A stretch of DNA of 64,000 nucleotides from Bugula neritina (Eukaryota > Animalia > Bryozoa). The DNA lies in assembly GCA_964035545.1 (NCBI GenBank), contig OZ037771.1, positions 569,628 through 633,627 of the forward strand. Direction: 5' to 3'. Each line of letters begins with the position of its first letter. Position 1 is the first letter of the stretch. A program made the translations under genes and the position numbers. This document shows positions 12,101-24,484 of the stretch, piece by piece. Below the pieces are notes generated by a model. The model had not been told where the DNA came from. It saw only the letters and a list, made by a program, of their open reading frames with translations, and did not search any database.

Positions 12101-15100
12101 TACATTCCTTCCTCCTGAAAATGAGAGCAGAAACTTATCATCTAGTTGAACAATTTGCAACAGCAAGTCCCTGATCTACTGGAAACAACAGCAAGTCCCT
12201 GATATACTGGAAACAAGAGCAAACTGAGTGATGCCTTCCATTCAATAGTTTATTAAAATCAAAGCTTCTATTAACAATCCTAGTTTATTCTGTTATTGAA
12301 TTTAGAGTTCACAAATCAAGAGTGAATAACTCCTTTACTGACTTCTATGAATAACCAGAGCCTGTATTGACAACATCACCATTTCTATTATTGTAGACAC
12401 GTATGCAGGGAGCGTAGGCAGAGTTGAAATATAACTTGATTACCTGCATCAATAATGCCTTGGGCTAAAATAGCGCCGAACTTTGCCATCACATCTTCGT
12501 GCTTGTCTCCGATGACCTTAGTGTATGTCTCCCTGGTCGACTTGACCTTTGAGTAGAACCACATACGAGTGAGCAGCTCTTACAGGAGAACACAACCACA
12601 CATACTGGGTACAGCTCTTACAGGAGAACACAACTTCTCTGCTAACTCATGTTAGACATTATGTTAATCAACTGTAGCCATTTCTCAATTCAAACTGTCA
12701 AGAAATGTGCTTTGTATAATATCACACAGTCTAGCAAAAAAATTGATAGACTAAGAATCTAATAATAGCTATTTGGAGAGTGGAGGTTACCTGTAATCAC
12801 ACAGTGATAGACTCACCTTAGACGAGGTGTGTTCAGTGTGCTGTATTAGGACAAGAGCCGAGGCTATGAGAGCAGCTTGTCTCACGTAGTTAACGGGGTC
12901 GTTGATGAGTGGCTCCAGCAGCAGCATGGCTTCCTGTAAACAGAACAGCTTCTGTAGAGTATATTCCATACCTGCATATTCTACCTGTATACTCTACCTG
13001 TATATTCTACCTGTATATTCTACCTGTATACTCTACCTGTATACTCTACCTGTATCTCTACCTTTATATTCTACCTGTATACTCTACCTGCATATTCTAT
13101 AGAGAGTAGAGTATATTCTATAGAGAGTAGAGTATATTCTATAGAGAATAGAGTATATTCTGTAGAGAGTAGAGTATATTCTATAGAGAGTAGAGTATAT
13201 TCTATAGAGAATAGAGTATATTCTGTAGAGAGTAGAGTATATTCTACACCATTACAGAGTACACAACAGAGAAGGTAGCATCAGTGTTGCTAGTGCACAT
13301 ACCTTGTGAGCAGTGCCGGCACACGCTATGCCCAGTGCCATGGCAGCGCCGTACCTAACATGGCTGTTGTAGCTCTCCGACAGCAGTGAAACTACGCTCG
13401 GACATTGCTCCGGGTTCCTGAAACACCACATCAAACTTAATCAGGTAAAGACTGACAGGATGTGTCAGCGAGACATCTTTGCATGTGTCAACATGATTAG
13501 ACACCTTTCCAATAATCAACACGAGATGTGTTGATTAAAAAGTGTTAACGATTTACCCACATGACTGTCAATTATATAATATACAAATGTCACAATAGAA
13601 TAGCAACTAGTCCTGGGAAAAATATACATGGAAGAATTAAAACAGCCACAGAAATATTATTCAATGTACAACATATATATAAATTATAAATGATAGCCCA
13701 ACACATGGTCTTTTAATCTCAGCCATACGAAGAAGTGTATACTGTATAGTCCAGCACAAGGCTGTCAGCGTAGAGAGGGTAGGCAAGGCTTCACCTCAGA
13801 TATAAAAGTGCTGTCATAATGCAATAACTTATAATGTTCTTTTCTTAAGCTTCAAGTATGCAAGAGTCAGCGATAAATAATTGATTACTCTGAAATAATA
13901 GTTTAGAATTCAATTAATGAAAGTGCAAGCAGCAGCAGTAGCAGCAGCAGGTGTAAGAGAGAGAGACCTGTAAGACGAAATTACTAGAGGGAGGTTCACT
14001 CGATTCAACAGGTATTTGGTGTCTGAAGTAGATAGCTTTAAAGAAAACAGTTATTTGCAAAGCTTTAGTTTATTGTCGCCTACAATAAATGCTTTTGATT
14101 TCTCTAAGATAAATGCATGGATGCAGCATAATACTTTGAAAACAACCATCGTTTGCAATGGGTTACCATGTGAAGTGAAGATTGTGCAAATATTACTGCT
14201 ACCGTTCACAATATTGTGGTTGGCTTCTTGGAGATATCAATTGATATTTTTTCATTTATTATACCTCAAGCAGGTCAAGCACACATAGAAGGTAGAACAA
14301 AAAGAGAGTTGAAGCTTGGCTAACCAATAATGCTTTAGCTGGTGAACTTTGCCTCAAGGTGTGCTTAGTGCTCAAGTATCATCAGAAGCACCATCGACAA
14401 TCATAAGGGAGCTATTTGTAATGGAATCTAGTATATCCAATACATCTGTGACATTATACAACACTACAAAGATCAATGTCGGGGAAGATAGCCTCACTGC
14501 ATATACTAGGTATATGTTATGTTGGTATATGTTATGTTGGTATATGTTGTGTTGGTATATGTTATGTTGGCATATGTTATGTTGGTATATGTTGTGTTGG
14601 TATATGTTGTGTTGGTATATGTTATGTAGGTATATGTTATGTAGGTATATGTTATGTTGGTGTATGTTATGTTAGTATATGATATGTTGGTATATGTTAT
14701 GTTGGTATATGTTATGTTGGTATATGTTATGTTGGTATATGTTATGTTAGTATATGATATGTTGGTATATGTTATGTTGGTATATGATATGTTGGTATAT
14801 GTTATGTTGGTATATGTTATGTTGGTATATGTTATGTTAGTATATGATATGTTGGTATATGTTATGTTAGTATATGATATGTTGGTATATGTTATGTTGG
14901 TATATGTTATGTTGGTATATGTTATGTTGGTATATGTTATGTTAGTATATGATATGTTGGTATATGTTATGTTGGTATATGATATGTTGGTATATGTTAT
15001 GTAGGTATATGTTATGTTGGTATATGTTATGTTAGTATATGATATGTTGGTATATGTTATGTTAGTATATGTTGTGTTAGTATATGTTGTGTTGGTGTAT

Positions 15101-18100
15101 GTTGTGTTAGTATATGGTGTTAGTGATATGGCCGCGCTGGTGTGAGTTGCAATACCATGATTATATAATGCTACATTTAAAGGGTGCAAGTTATGCTGTT
15201 AAAATTGATTTATTAATGCAATAAAAAGAATACAATACTTGAGAATATTTGTTTCAGATATTGGTACGTTTTACTGCTCATCATCAGCTTGGTGGGAGTA
15301 ACTGGTAACCTACTAGTCATCATAGCAGTCTGCACTGTTCAACGACTGAATACTGCAACTAACGTGGCATTATCCTCTCTTGCTATAGCTGACTTGTTAG
15401 TATCAGCACTTGTAGTGCCTTTTAAAACAGCTCAACACATCACAGGTAAGGGCTTACTTGTATATACTTATAGATCCCATGTTCATTGATTTAGATGGTA
15501 TGGGCTGCTATAAACATATTTAAAATGACTTTTATATATAGTTGTAACTTTGAAGGAATTTTCTTCTGCAAAAAACTCAACACTTCAAAAAGCTATGACT
15601 TAAGTTCAATTTTGAAATATATAATTCACATGATAAGGCACAAAAGACAACCTTTTAAACACATTGCTCACTTGCATACCGATGCTGAAGTGAGATATAT
15701 TTATTCCAGAGACCAAAACATGATAAGTTACAATGTTGAGAGGTTTAGACAAACATTTTTCCTTAGAAGATAGGAGAGGTTAAAGGCTACTTAAATGAAG
15801 AGAAGCTTAACAAGGCTGACTTGCAGCTCATTAAAATACTATTTCACCGAGCTAGTATTTTTTGTTGAAATTACAGGTCATTGGCCAATGGATGAGAAAG
15901 TATGCTTGCTGTTTATATTCTTGGATGTAGGTCTATGCACTGCTAGCATTTGGCAGATGTGCATTATTGCATTCAATAGATGCGTTGGAATATATTTTCC
16001 AATTGAAAACTCTGCAAAATTCAAGTGAGTATTAAATTGGTTTCAATGGTCTTCAGTTGTGAAAAACTGGTTTTATTACTGCATTAAAAAGGAAAAACTG
16101 ATGACTAAAACCTTTAAAACAGACTAACTGATTTCTGGCCACGTCTTCACCATGATTTAAAATTATTTTTTGAAATTTTCAGAACTGCCAAAATGAACAA
16201 GATAAAGATAGGAGCAATGTGGCTGATATCGGTGGCTATAGCAAGTCCAGTGCTGGGAAAAGGCATCAACAACCCAACATTCACTTTTATAGGAGACAGG
16301 TGCACTTTAAATGACCCCAAATTTCAGGTAAGCTAATGCAAGCAGCTGCTTCAGTTCTGAATATTCAAGTCAATAGGTAGGAGGCCGCACAACTGGAGTT
16401 TATCTACTAAGTTAGCAGTGACTCCATAGCGTGCAATAGGAACTGGGACTAAATTTATTTTAAGGAAAAAGTTGATTTGTTTTTAAGAGAAATGTAGGTG
16501 GTATCCCACAGCTGCGTCTATGGAAGATTTTATCCTGCACAGAACTTAGTAGCTAGTTGAGTAGCGCAGAGAAAGTGAAATCAGTATATACATAAAATAT
16601 CACCTAGTGTTATAGCTTGTTCTCTGAAAGCATGTATAATTATGCTAGAATACAATACATTTTCAAATCTTGAGATTTATAAGAAAATTACTTGAACAAT
16701 TTTTTTTCTATTCAAAAATACTATTCCTGCTTGACCACTACATTTGGGATGCTGGTCGTATATTTTTGCTGCAATAAATTATTTGTTCACATAAGTTGCT
16801 ATCAAAGCCTGAACAACGGATATAAACTCTATAACAAAGTCCACCAATGAATAACCAACACTCCTATGCTATCAGCTATATTTACACAGCTGACCATCAT
16901 ATTATACAGTCAAACTGTGCACCCCTCAACAATATTCAAAGTTTCACAAAGTGGGAGATTTTGTTGCCAGTCTTTAAAGTATGCATACATAATACTCTTG
17001 TATTTGGGACAGATATATGGCAGTATGGTGGCTTTCTTTGTACCACTGACTCTCATGATAGTCATTTATGGCCTGACCCAAAGACGCCTAAACAGACAAA
17101 GACACATCTTAGAAAGTGGGTTGAGACGAACAACAGGCGTGCCATCAGCAAACTTTGAAAAGTTTTCTCTCGCTAACAAACCTAAGAACTCAAGAATTAA
17201 CCATAAAAACTCAAGAATTAAGATCGAAACAACACCTCTCGTAGAAATGCACATGCACAAAATGAGTAAACCAAAAACTGGAAACATGAAACATGACAAT
17301 TGTGACCAACGTATGAAGAGAAAAGAAGTCACTGGACATCGGATATCGCAGCAGCCCAGCCCACTCCACAGACAACCAGAATCACAGGCTAACCTTGCAC
17401 AGAAACCTTCCTCCAACAACGAAGCACAAAGAACCCTCAGAAGAACCTTAACCAAAACTCTAAGCCGTACGGGTTCACTAAGAAGTGAGAATACAACTTC
17501 CTACAAAGTGGATAAGGAAAAGAAAGCCTCCCATGTGAGTATGTGTGAGGTCCATATAGCTCAGTTTGAATAAGTGTGAGCTAGTGAAACAGAACTAGTA
17601 CTTCACTGAATGGTGCTCTTTTCAGGTGCTTAGCGTAGTCTTCATGGCCTTTGTCATATCATGGACTCCATTCTTCATCATGAACACTATTGACGCAATA
17701 TGCACACTGCAAGGTCGGCCATGTTTTCTGAGGGCTCACGTGGCAATAGACATAGGAGTATGGCTAGGATATGTGTCCAGTATCATCAACCCAATCATAT
17801 ATACCATCATTAATAAGGACTTCCAAACAGCTTTCAAGTAAGTTTATTCCACAACTGTCTAAATTCTGTAGAGTGGTAGAAACTGCAACCCTTCCACACC
17901 ATATTGAAAGCAACTATACACTAGTTAGGTCTTAGAATTTAAATGAAAGAAAAATTAATATGCAATAATGTCATGTGATGTGACGAATGTCCTTTGCCTT
18001 TAGAAATATACTCCGTTGCCAGTGCTATAAGAACGCCAGGTCAAGAAATCATCCTCCGTTAGTGTATACAAGCAGCATAGAGAATAGAAGACGTAGAGAG

Positions 18101-21100
18101 CAAGTCTCGTCCCAGTCACTCTCCTATACAGTGAATACTACGGGAGGCTCATTGAAGAAAAACTATGATGTGTAGGACAATATGTTCGGGAATTTTCATC
18201 TTGTAGAGTAAACGTATATTTCTATGTAATTAAAACTACTACTTATGTGAAACAATTAATGTTACAACAAGCTGCTCAACCAGTTGAGTGAGCAACTGTG
18301 AGAGGAGAATACAACTTTAGCGGCTGATGATGACAATATCTCTCATAAGCTGACACATTTTAATTTACTAGTTGAGTGAACCGTAAACAGAATTTGAGTG
18401 AAAACTACAGGAAACTCTACAGTTACCCTGTAGTAGATATGAAACCAAATACGGTAAAATTATAACTAGAGAAGAGAGCAGACAAATCTAAGTATAAACA
18501 CAGAGAAACTATATAGCAACTATAAATAATGTTATGTCTTTTGTAGAATATTTTTAAAGAGTAAATGGCCAGTGTATTTTATTTGTGTAAATGTGTATGC
18601 GCATGTGTCAAATAATACTAATCCCTCTAGCACACCAGTTTATCTTTTCTGACTTATAAGAGATTTGGTGATGCAGTTTGAAGACAAGTGATTGGAGTAG
18701 AGTGCAGAACCCTAAGAGTTAGACAGGATGAGGAGAAACTAGGCAGCCATGTTGTGCACAGTAATCAGCGCACGCGGTAACTCACACGGTTTATTCAAAG
18801 TAATGAGTTGTTTACCTGAAGAGGAGGAAGCCAAGGGAAGTAACTGCCGTTCTTCTCACATCATCATTAACATCACTCACCTGAAGACAGACAGACAGAC
18901 CAGCATGCACTGAGTGACACAAAACTAACAGTAATATTGATTCAAGGTAAATTCGACAAGTAAAGATGCATATGTTGATTACAGAGAATGGCGCCACTAT
19001 ATCAACTCAGACAACTCAAAGTTACTTGAATTGTCACTCACTATGTTCTAACAGAACTTCATTAAACCAATCATAAGATATGCAATGCAATGTGATGGTG
19101 AACCACAACTCCAATATCAGTAAGACACACCCATTAGACACTCACAGCTACGTGCAGAAGTCTTCTGATGGCCTGGTTGTTTCCTGTGCCAGCATAGGCC
19201 ATGGCGATAGTGTACATGGCACTCCACCTGAGTATGGGGTCTTTATCTCTCTATACAATATAATATACAGTATAACATATACAGCATATAAAATACACTG
19301 TTAGTATAACATATACAGTATATAATATACAGTATAACATATACAGTATATAATGTAGACACAGACACTAGAGAGTAGAGACATTGTAGTCTGAGAGTTG
19401 GTTACCTGAAGGCTATCAATAAGGGGGTCAGCCTCCTCCTCCCGGCCATACATGGTGAGGGCTATGCCCACAGCTAAACCTCTCAGTATCTTCTCATGTT
19501 GAGATTCCTTGGCGTACTACAAACAGTAATGTGCACAGTGTGTACTGTATACTCTACAGTATAACATGTAGTATATACTGTATACACTACAGCAGAACGT
19601 GTTGTGTAAACTGTATAGGCTACAACAGCACATGTTGTGCGTACAGTATACACTACAGTAAGACATGTAGTGCATGCAGTAAACTCACCGTAACCATGTC
19701 TTCAATGGCGCCAGCACTCTTGGTGCCCAGCATAACCAGTCCCATGGCAATCCCGGCAGCTTCCCCGGCGACAGCGTCATCCAGGTACAGATTGCTCTTG
19801 AGCTGTTCGTAGACGTCTGATCGGGCAGTGCCCATGGCTGCCAGGCCTAAGGCTAGGCATCCCCCATGTCTGTTTTGCTAAATACAAACAGATGACAGGT
19901 TGAAGGAACACAGTCTAAACATCGGCAGAGCAATACAGCATATACGTAGAGTAATACAGCATATACGTAGAGTAATACAGCATATACGTAGAGTAATACA
20001 GCATATACGTAGAGTAATACAGCATATACGTAGAGTAATACAGCATATACGTAGAGTAATACAGCATATACGTAGAGTAATACAGCATATACGTAGAGTA
20101 ATACAGCATATACGTAGAGTAATACAGCATATACGTAGAGTAATACAGCATATACGTAGAGTAATACAGCATATACGTAGAGTAACACAGCATATACCTA
20201 GAGTAATACAGCATATACGTAGAGCAATACAGCATATACGTAGAGTAATACAGCATATATGTAGAGTAATACAGCATATACGTAGAGTAATACAGCATAT
20301 ACCTAGAGTAATACAGCATATACCTAGAGTAATACAGCATATGCGTAGAGTAATACAGCATATACGTAGAGTAATACAGCACAAACCTCATCTGTGGCAT
20401 CTTTCAATTGATTGAGGAGATAGTCTGTGATGTTAGCTCCGTGGTTGGCGTGGATCAGACCGAGGGCGTACAGCCCCCCACCCTCACTGTATGGTGACCC
20501 ACCTGGAAATGAGGTAATAAACTATAGCTTAGAGCACAGCAGCGACGTCCTACACAAGTTCAACAATAGAAAGGGAAATGAGGCTAATAACAAAACATAC
20601 ATCACACATGACATACAGGTTATGTTATGAATAGTGTGCACACTAACCGGTGCTATCCCGGGGCAGGTACTGGGCCATGAGGTTGAGAGAGTCACTCTCG
20701 TGTCCTTTATGTACCACACCAAGTGATGCCGTCGCCGTGAACTTGGCCCAGTTGGTGGACTTGGCCAGCCACTCCAGATTGTCTCTAAATGATAACATAT
20801 TTCACCTGCTTTAATGGAAACACAGTGAGAAAACAGGGCCTTTTTTAGTGGCCTTACAAAGCTGATTATAGAAAGACAATTCCAAAGAGAAGATGATGAT
20901 TGACAGAGAAGGGGAGAAGAGAGTATAACGTACCTGAGGAACTGATCACTGGTTGTACCACAGTGCATGTATGCATTGGCTATCACAGTGGCTGAATGGC
21001 AAATGGAGTTCCTCACTGCATCCTGTAAGGATGTGTTACATAATATAGTACGTGTTATTCCATGTAATATTTCATGTCATCTAATGTTATATATAAAACA

Positions 21101-24085
21101 ATACAAGAAATCAGATGCCATGATGTTTGAAAAGAATAAGAGGAGTTGATAGGATAAAGAAGAGAATCACAGTTACCACAAACACCACCAACCTTAGTGT
21201 TCTTCAGTATCAACATGTCTGTTTTATTATTTTTTATAAGAAACTGTAAGTGTAGATTTATTGAATGTTCTCCGTTCAGAATAGTGTCGAGTTTTTCTAG
21301 AGAAGCTTGTATTGCTTTATCCTTGTCAGACTACAATAAGATACAATATACTAGAGAATATAATATACTAGACTCTAGAGATACAAGTAAAGTTACTATA
21401 GAATATAATATACTAGAGATACAAGTATAGTTACCCTAGAATATAATATACTAGAGATACAAGTATAGTTACTATAGAATATAATATACTAGAGATACAA
21501 GTATAGTTACTATAGAATATAATATACTAGAGATACAAGTATAGTTACTATAGTGAAAAGATGTGAGACTGACCAGTGAAGGTTGCTCTACACTCTCTTC
21601 ATCCGTGGAGACAGGTTCTGGGACAGTCTCACCGGGTACAGGAGAACTGGTAACTATAGGGGCGTCAGTCTTAGCCCCACTGCCTCCAGTCCCAAGAGGT
21701 ATTGGAGCGCAGGCTCTAATGCTAGCTTGTACCTGAAGTCACGTGTTTCAGGAAGTTTATTCATCAGTAAACACGATTCATAACACTTTGCATACAGCTA
21801 AGATATCAATGCTAGTTAGGTGAGCCTTAGAAATGAGGTCACAACTCACAATGATACCAAACTCACTTTTTGTATAAACTTCTGAGTTGCAGAATCATAG
21901 AGATCAAAGCCGATCTGGTAGGCCATCAACACAGAGTCCTGGTCGCCAGATTTAACGAGTTGCTCCAAAACATCAGCACAACTCTGCGCGTCATCCAGGA
22001 AGATATAGCACTGCATTGTATATACAGACAACATGTGATTGCATTTATATATTATGGTAGACCAACCTGACATACAGATATATAGTCTGGTAGACCAACC
22101 TGACATACAGATATATAGTCTGGTAGACTAACCTGACATACAGATATATAGTCTGGTAGACTAACCTGACATACAGATATATAGTCTGGTAGACTAACCT
22201 GACATACAGATATATAGTCTGGTAGACTAACCTGACATACAGATATATAGTCTGGTAGACTAACCTGACATACAGATATATAGTCTGGTAGACTAACCTG
22301 ACATACAGATATATAGTCTGGTAGACTAACCTGACATACAGATATATAGTCTGGTAGACTAACCTGACATACAGATATATAGTCTGGTAGACTAACCTGA
22401 CATACAGATATATAGTCTGGTAGACTAACCTGACATACAGATATATAGTCTGGTAGACTAACCTGACATACAGATATATAGTCTGGTAGACTAACCTGGC
22501 ATACAGATATATAGTCTGGAGTCTGGAGACCCAGGTAGAGTCTCACTAACATCTGTAGAATGGTATTCCGGAAGGTTCTGCTGGGTATGAGAGACATGCA
22601 CACCTTCAGACAGTAACTCAGCATCTGAGCAGTGTCGTCTGCTTCCACTATAGCTTTCTCCAGCTTGTCCAGTCTCCTCGTCTCTATGGCGATACCGATA
22701 GCCTGAGTGAACTGCTTGTCGGCAAAACATCTGTCGAACATACGGTCCACCACCGACTCAAGCCTGCAAGAAGAAAGCAGGTGATAAACTGATAGCAGTA
22801 TAAAGTGGTTGCATCAATCTGCAGGATCTGGGAAAGAGTGCCGATACTAATTACTCACCTATGATCAATGGTGGTATGGTACTGCTCATCTGTCTCACAG
22901 TTCTCCACTCTCAGCTTTATATAGTGATCTATGCACTTGGCAATGATGGTCTCCACATACTCACTCGTGTCATTCACATCAAACAGACTACCTAGAGAGA
23001 GATTAGCAGCATTTAGAGCTTCACTGACATAAGCTAGTAGCTGTTAGTCTAAGCTCCTAGTAATGTAATACGGAGGTCAACTCACCTGCCCCCAAGGCAA
23101 AGGTTAGGGAGTCTTCATAGGAACCCAGGTGATAGTAAACTTTACTAGCAACCAGAGCAGCTAACTCACAATAACCAAAGCTCTTGTCTTCATACAATAC
23201 TTCAATTTTATCGATAGACTCAGAAATCTCTGGCCAAAACACATCAACTAATGTGTTTAACTTCTTCAATGAGAATAGTTTAATGTTTGGCTCTGATTCC
23301 TCTAACAAAGCCAACACACCAGCTGAAATAGTATGACAAATCCACATATAAATCACATCCGAAACCCTATACTTTATAGTAAGCTAATTCTGTATTCAAA
23401 ATGACTACTTTTAAATTGAATAGAAACATTTATTTTACATAACTATAGTCTGTAACGCTATTGTCAGGTTGTGTAAATGTTATATTTAAAAACTGGAATT
23501 CAAATTCTTATTAGGATTGATCACTTGAACTAAAACAGTTACACTTATAGTTACAGTATAACTTCCAACATAATGATAACCATAATCATAATGATAATGA
23601 ATAATGATAAACTAAAACCTAAACATTGAAGTTTAAAGTAAAAGTTGATTCATTACATTTAGTTTTACTCATTACTCATTAAACTTAGTCATTTATAGTT
23701 TTAGTTAACTTCTAGTTTTACTTTTAGTCATGAAAGTTACAGTTACTGTTAGTGTTACACATACTCATGGTCACTAATCCAAGTCCTAGAAATGCATAAA
23801 TTGTGATTTAATACACTAGTACCAACATATTATTAGATGTAAAATTACTTAAATCAACTTTAAAATTGACTTTAAGTTTAATAAAAATATTAATAGAATT
23901 CATCAAAATCATTTTGAAAATCAAAATGAGAATATTTTAATTTTAATTTCAATTTAAAATGCCAGTATTAGATTTAGTATATTGATAATTTTATTACGTT
24001 TTACAAAATGATACACAATAAAACAAACTAAAACTAACAAAATACTAAGTAAAATTTTACCTGCCGATGTGACATTAATTCTCAT
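9114..24085 (-). CDS. PSMD1: 26S proteasome non-ATPase regulatory subunit 1 (Rpn2), multi-exon
   Basis: Start MRINVTSA|[21 protein letters not shown]; [27 protein letters not shown]; [10 protein letters not shown]; [32 protein letters not shown]; [16 protein letters not shown]; C-terminus [14 protein letters not shown] (stop 9116-9114). Confidence 0.98.
9869..10980 (-). repeat. 19-bp satellite, reverse complement of the 5343-6019 array, in PSMD1 intron
   Basis: (cactacagtacactataca)n, about 58 copies, starting about 11 nt after the donor at 10991. Confidence 0.95.
11575..11928 (-). repeat. 17-bp minisatellite (acactacaacaggtgac)n in PSMD1 intron
   Basis: About 20 imperfect copies filling most of the intron. 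Confidence 0.9.
12960..13246 (-). repeat. Adjacent 13-bp (tactctacctgta) and 21-bp (gtatattctatagagagtaga) arrays in PSMD1 intron
   Basis: Directly visible compound array. Confidence 0.9.
14421..18175 (+). CDS. Class A aminergic GPCR, 5-HT2-like, 7 exons, nested antisense in PSMD1 intron 13418-18815
   Basis: TM1 GNLLVIIAV; TM2 SLAIADLLV; TM3 [22 protein letters not shown] (Asp3.32); TM5 [11 protein letters not shown]; TM6 [26 protein letters not shown]; TM7 [16 protein letters not shown]; exon phases are consistent from ATG 14421 to stop 18175. Confidence 0.9.
14510..15115 (+). repeat. 15-bp minisatellite (gtatatgttatgttg)n starting exactly at the GPCR exon 1 donor
   Basis: ACTAG|GTATATG at 14509/14510; about 40 copies. 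Confidence 0.95.
19927..20380 (-). repeat. 21-bp minisatellite (agagtaatacagcatatacgt)n in PSMD1 intron
   Basis: About 21 copies starting about 5 nt after the donor near 20385. Confidence 0.95.
21340..21553 (-). repeat. 38-bp tandem repeat in PSMD1 intron
   Basis: (tatagaatataatatactagagatacaagtatagttac) x4-5. Confidence 0.9.
22055..22519 (-). repeat. 33-bp minisatellite x14 spanning a PSMD1 donor
   Basis: Sense unit ccagactatatatctgtatgtcag|gttagtcta; donors from 22495 to 22066 at 33-nt spacing. Confidence 0.95.
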
Positions 24086-24484
24086 GTTTGCTGCTTAAGT
24101 GAAATTCAAGCATATATTAAAATTATTTAGATTTTTATTCTGGGAATTTTCAAGAATCAATGACCAAGCGAATTCGCTCACTCGCTAGTTTCTTCTTCTC
24201 GTTTTGTTCGTTGTGGCTAACCCCTTCAATTAATAAACAACGTGATTATAAAGTCCGACCACTACATTAACTCTTGAACTACATAATTTATATCGATTCA
24301 ACGTAACTTTTCTTTTTCATTATTTCCGCAACAAAAACTTGTATCTATATTGTTACCTATAAAATGATTGCAGACACTATCACAATCAGTATCACAGTGC
24401 TAATAGTAATCCTAATGCCATAGTGCATTACTTTTATTTCATTTGAGCACACAGTTGTTTAATGCAATATACTGCTATTCAACT
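24086..24484. promoter_or_regulatory. Probable bidirectional promoter between PSMD1 and MSL3
   Basis: Divergent start codons (24085 minus, 24485 plus) 400 bp apart; locally more CpG than the flanks. Confidence 0.7.
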
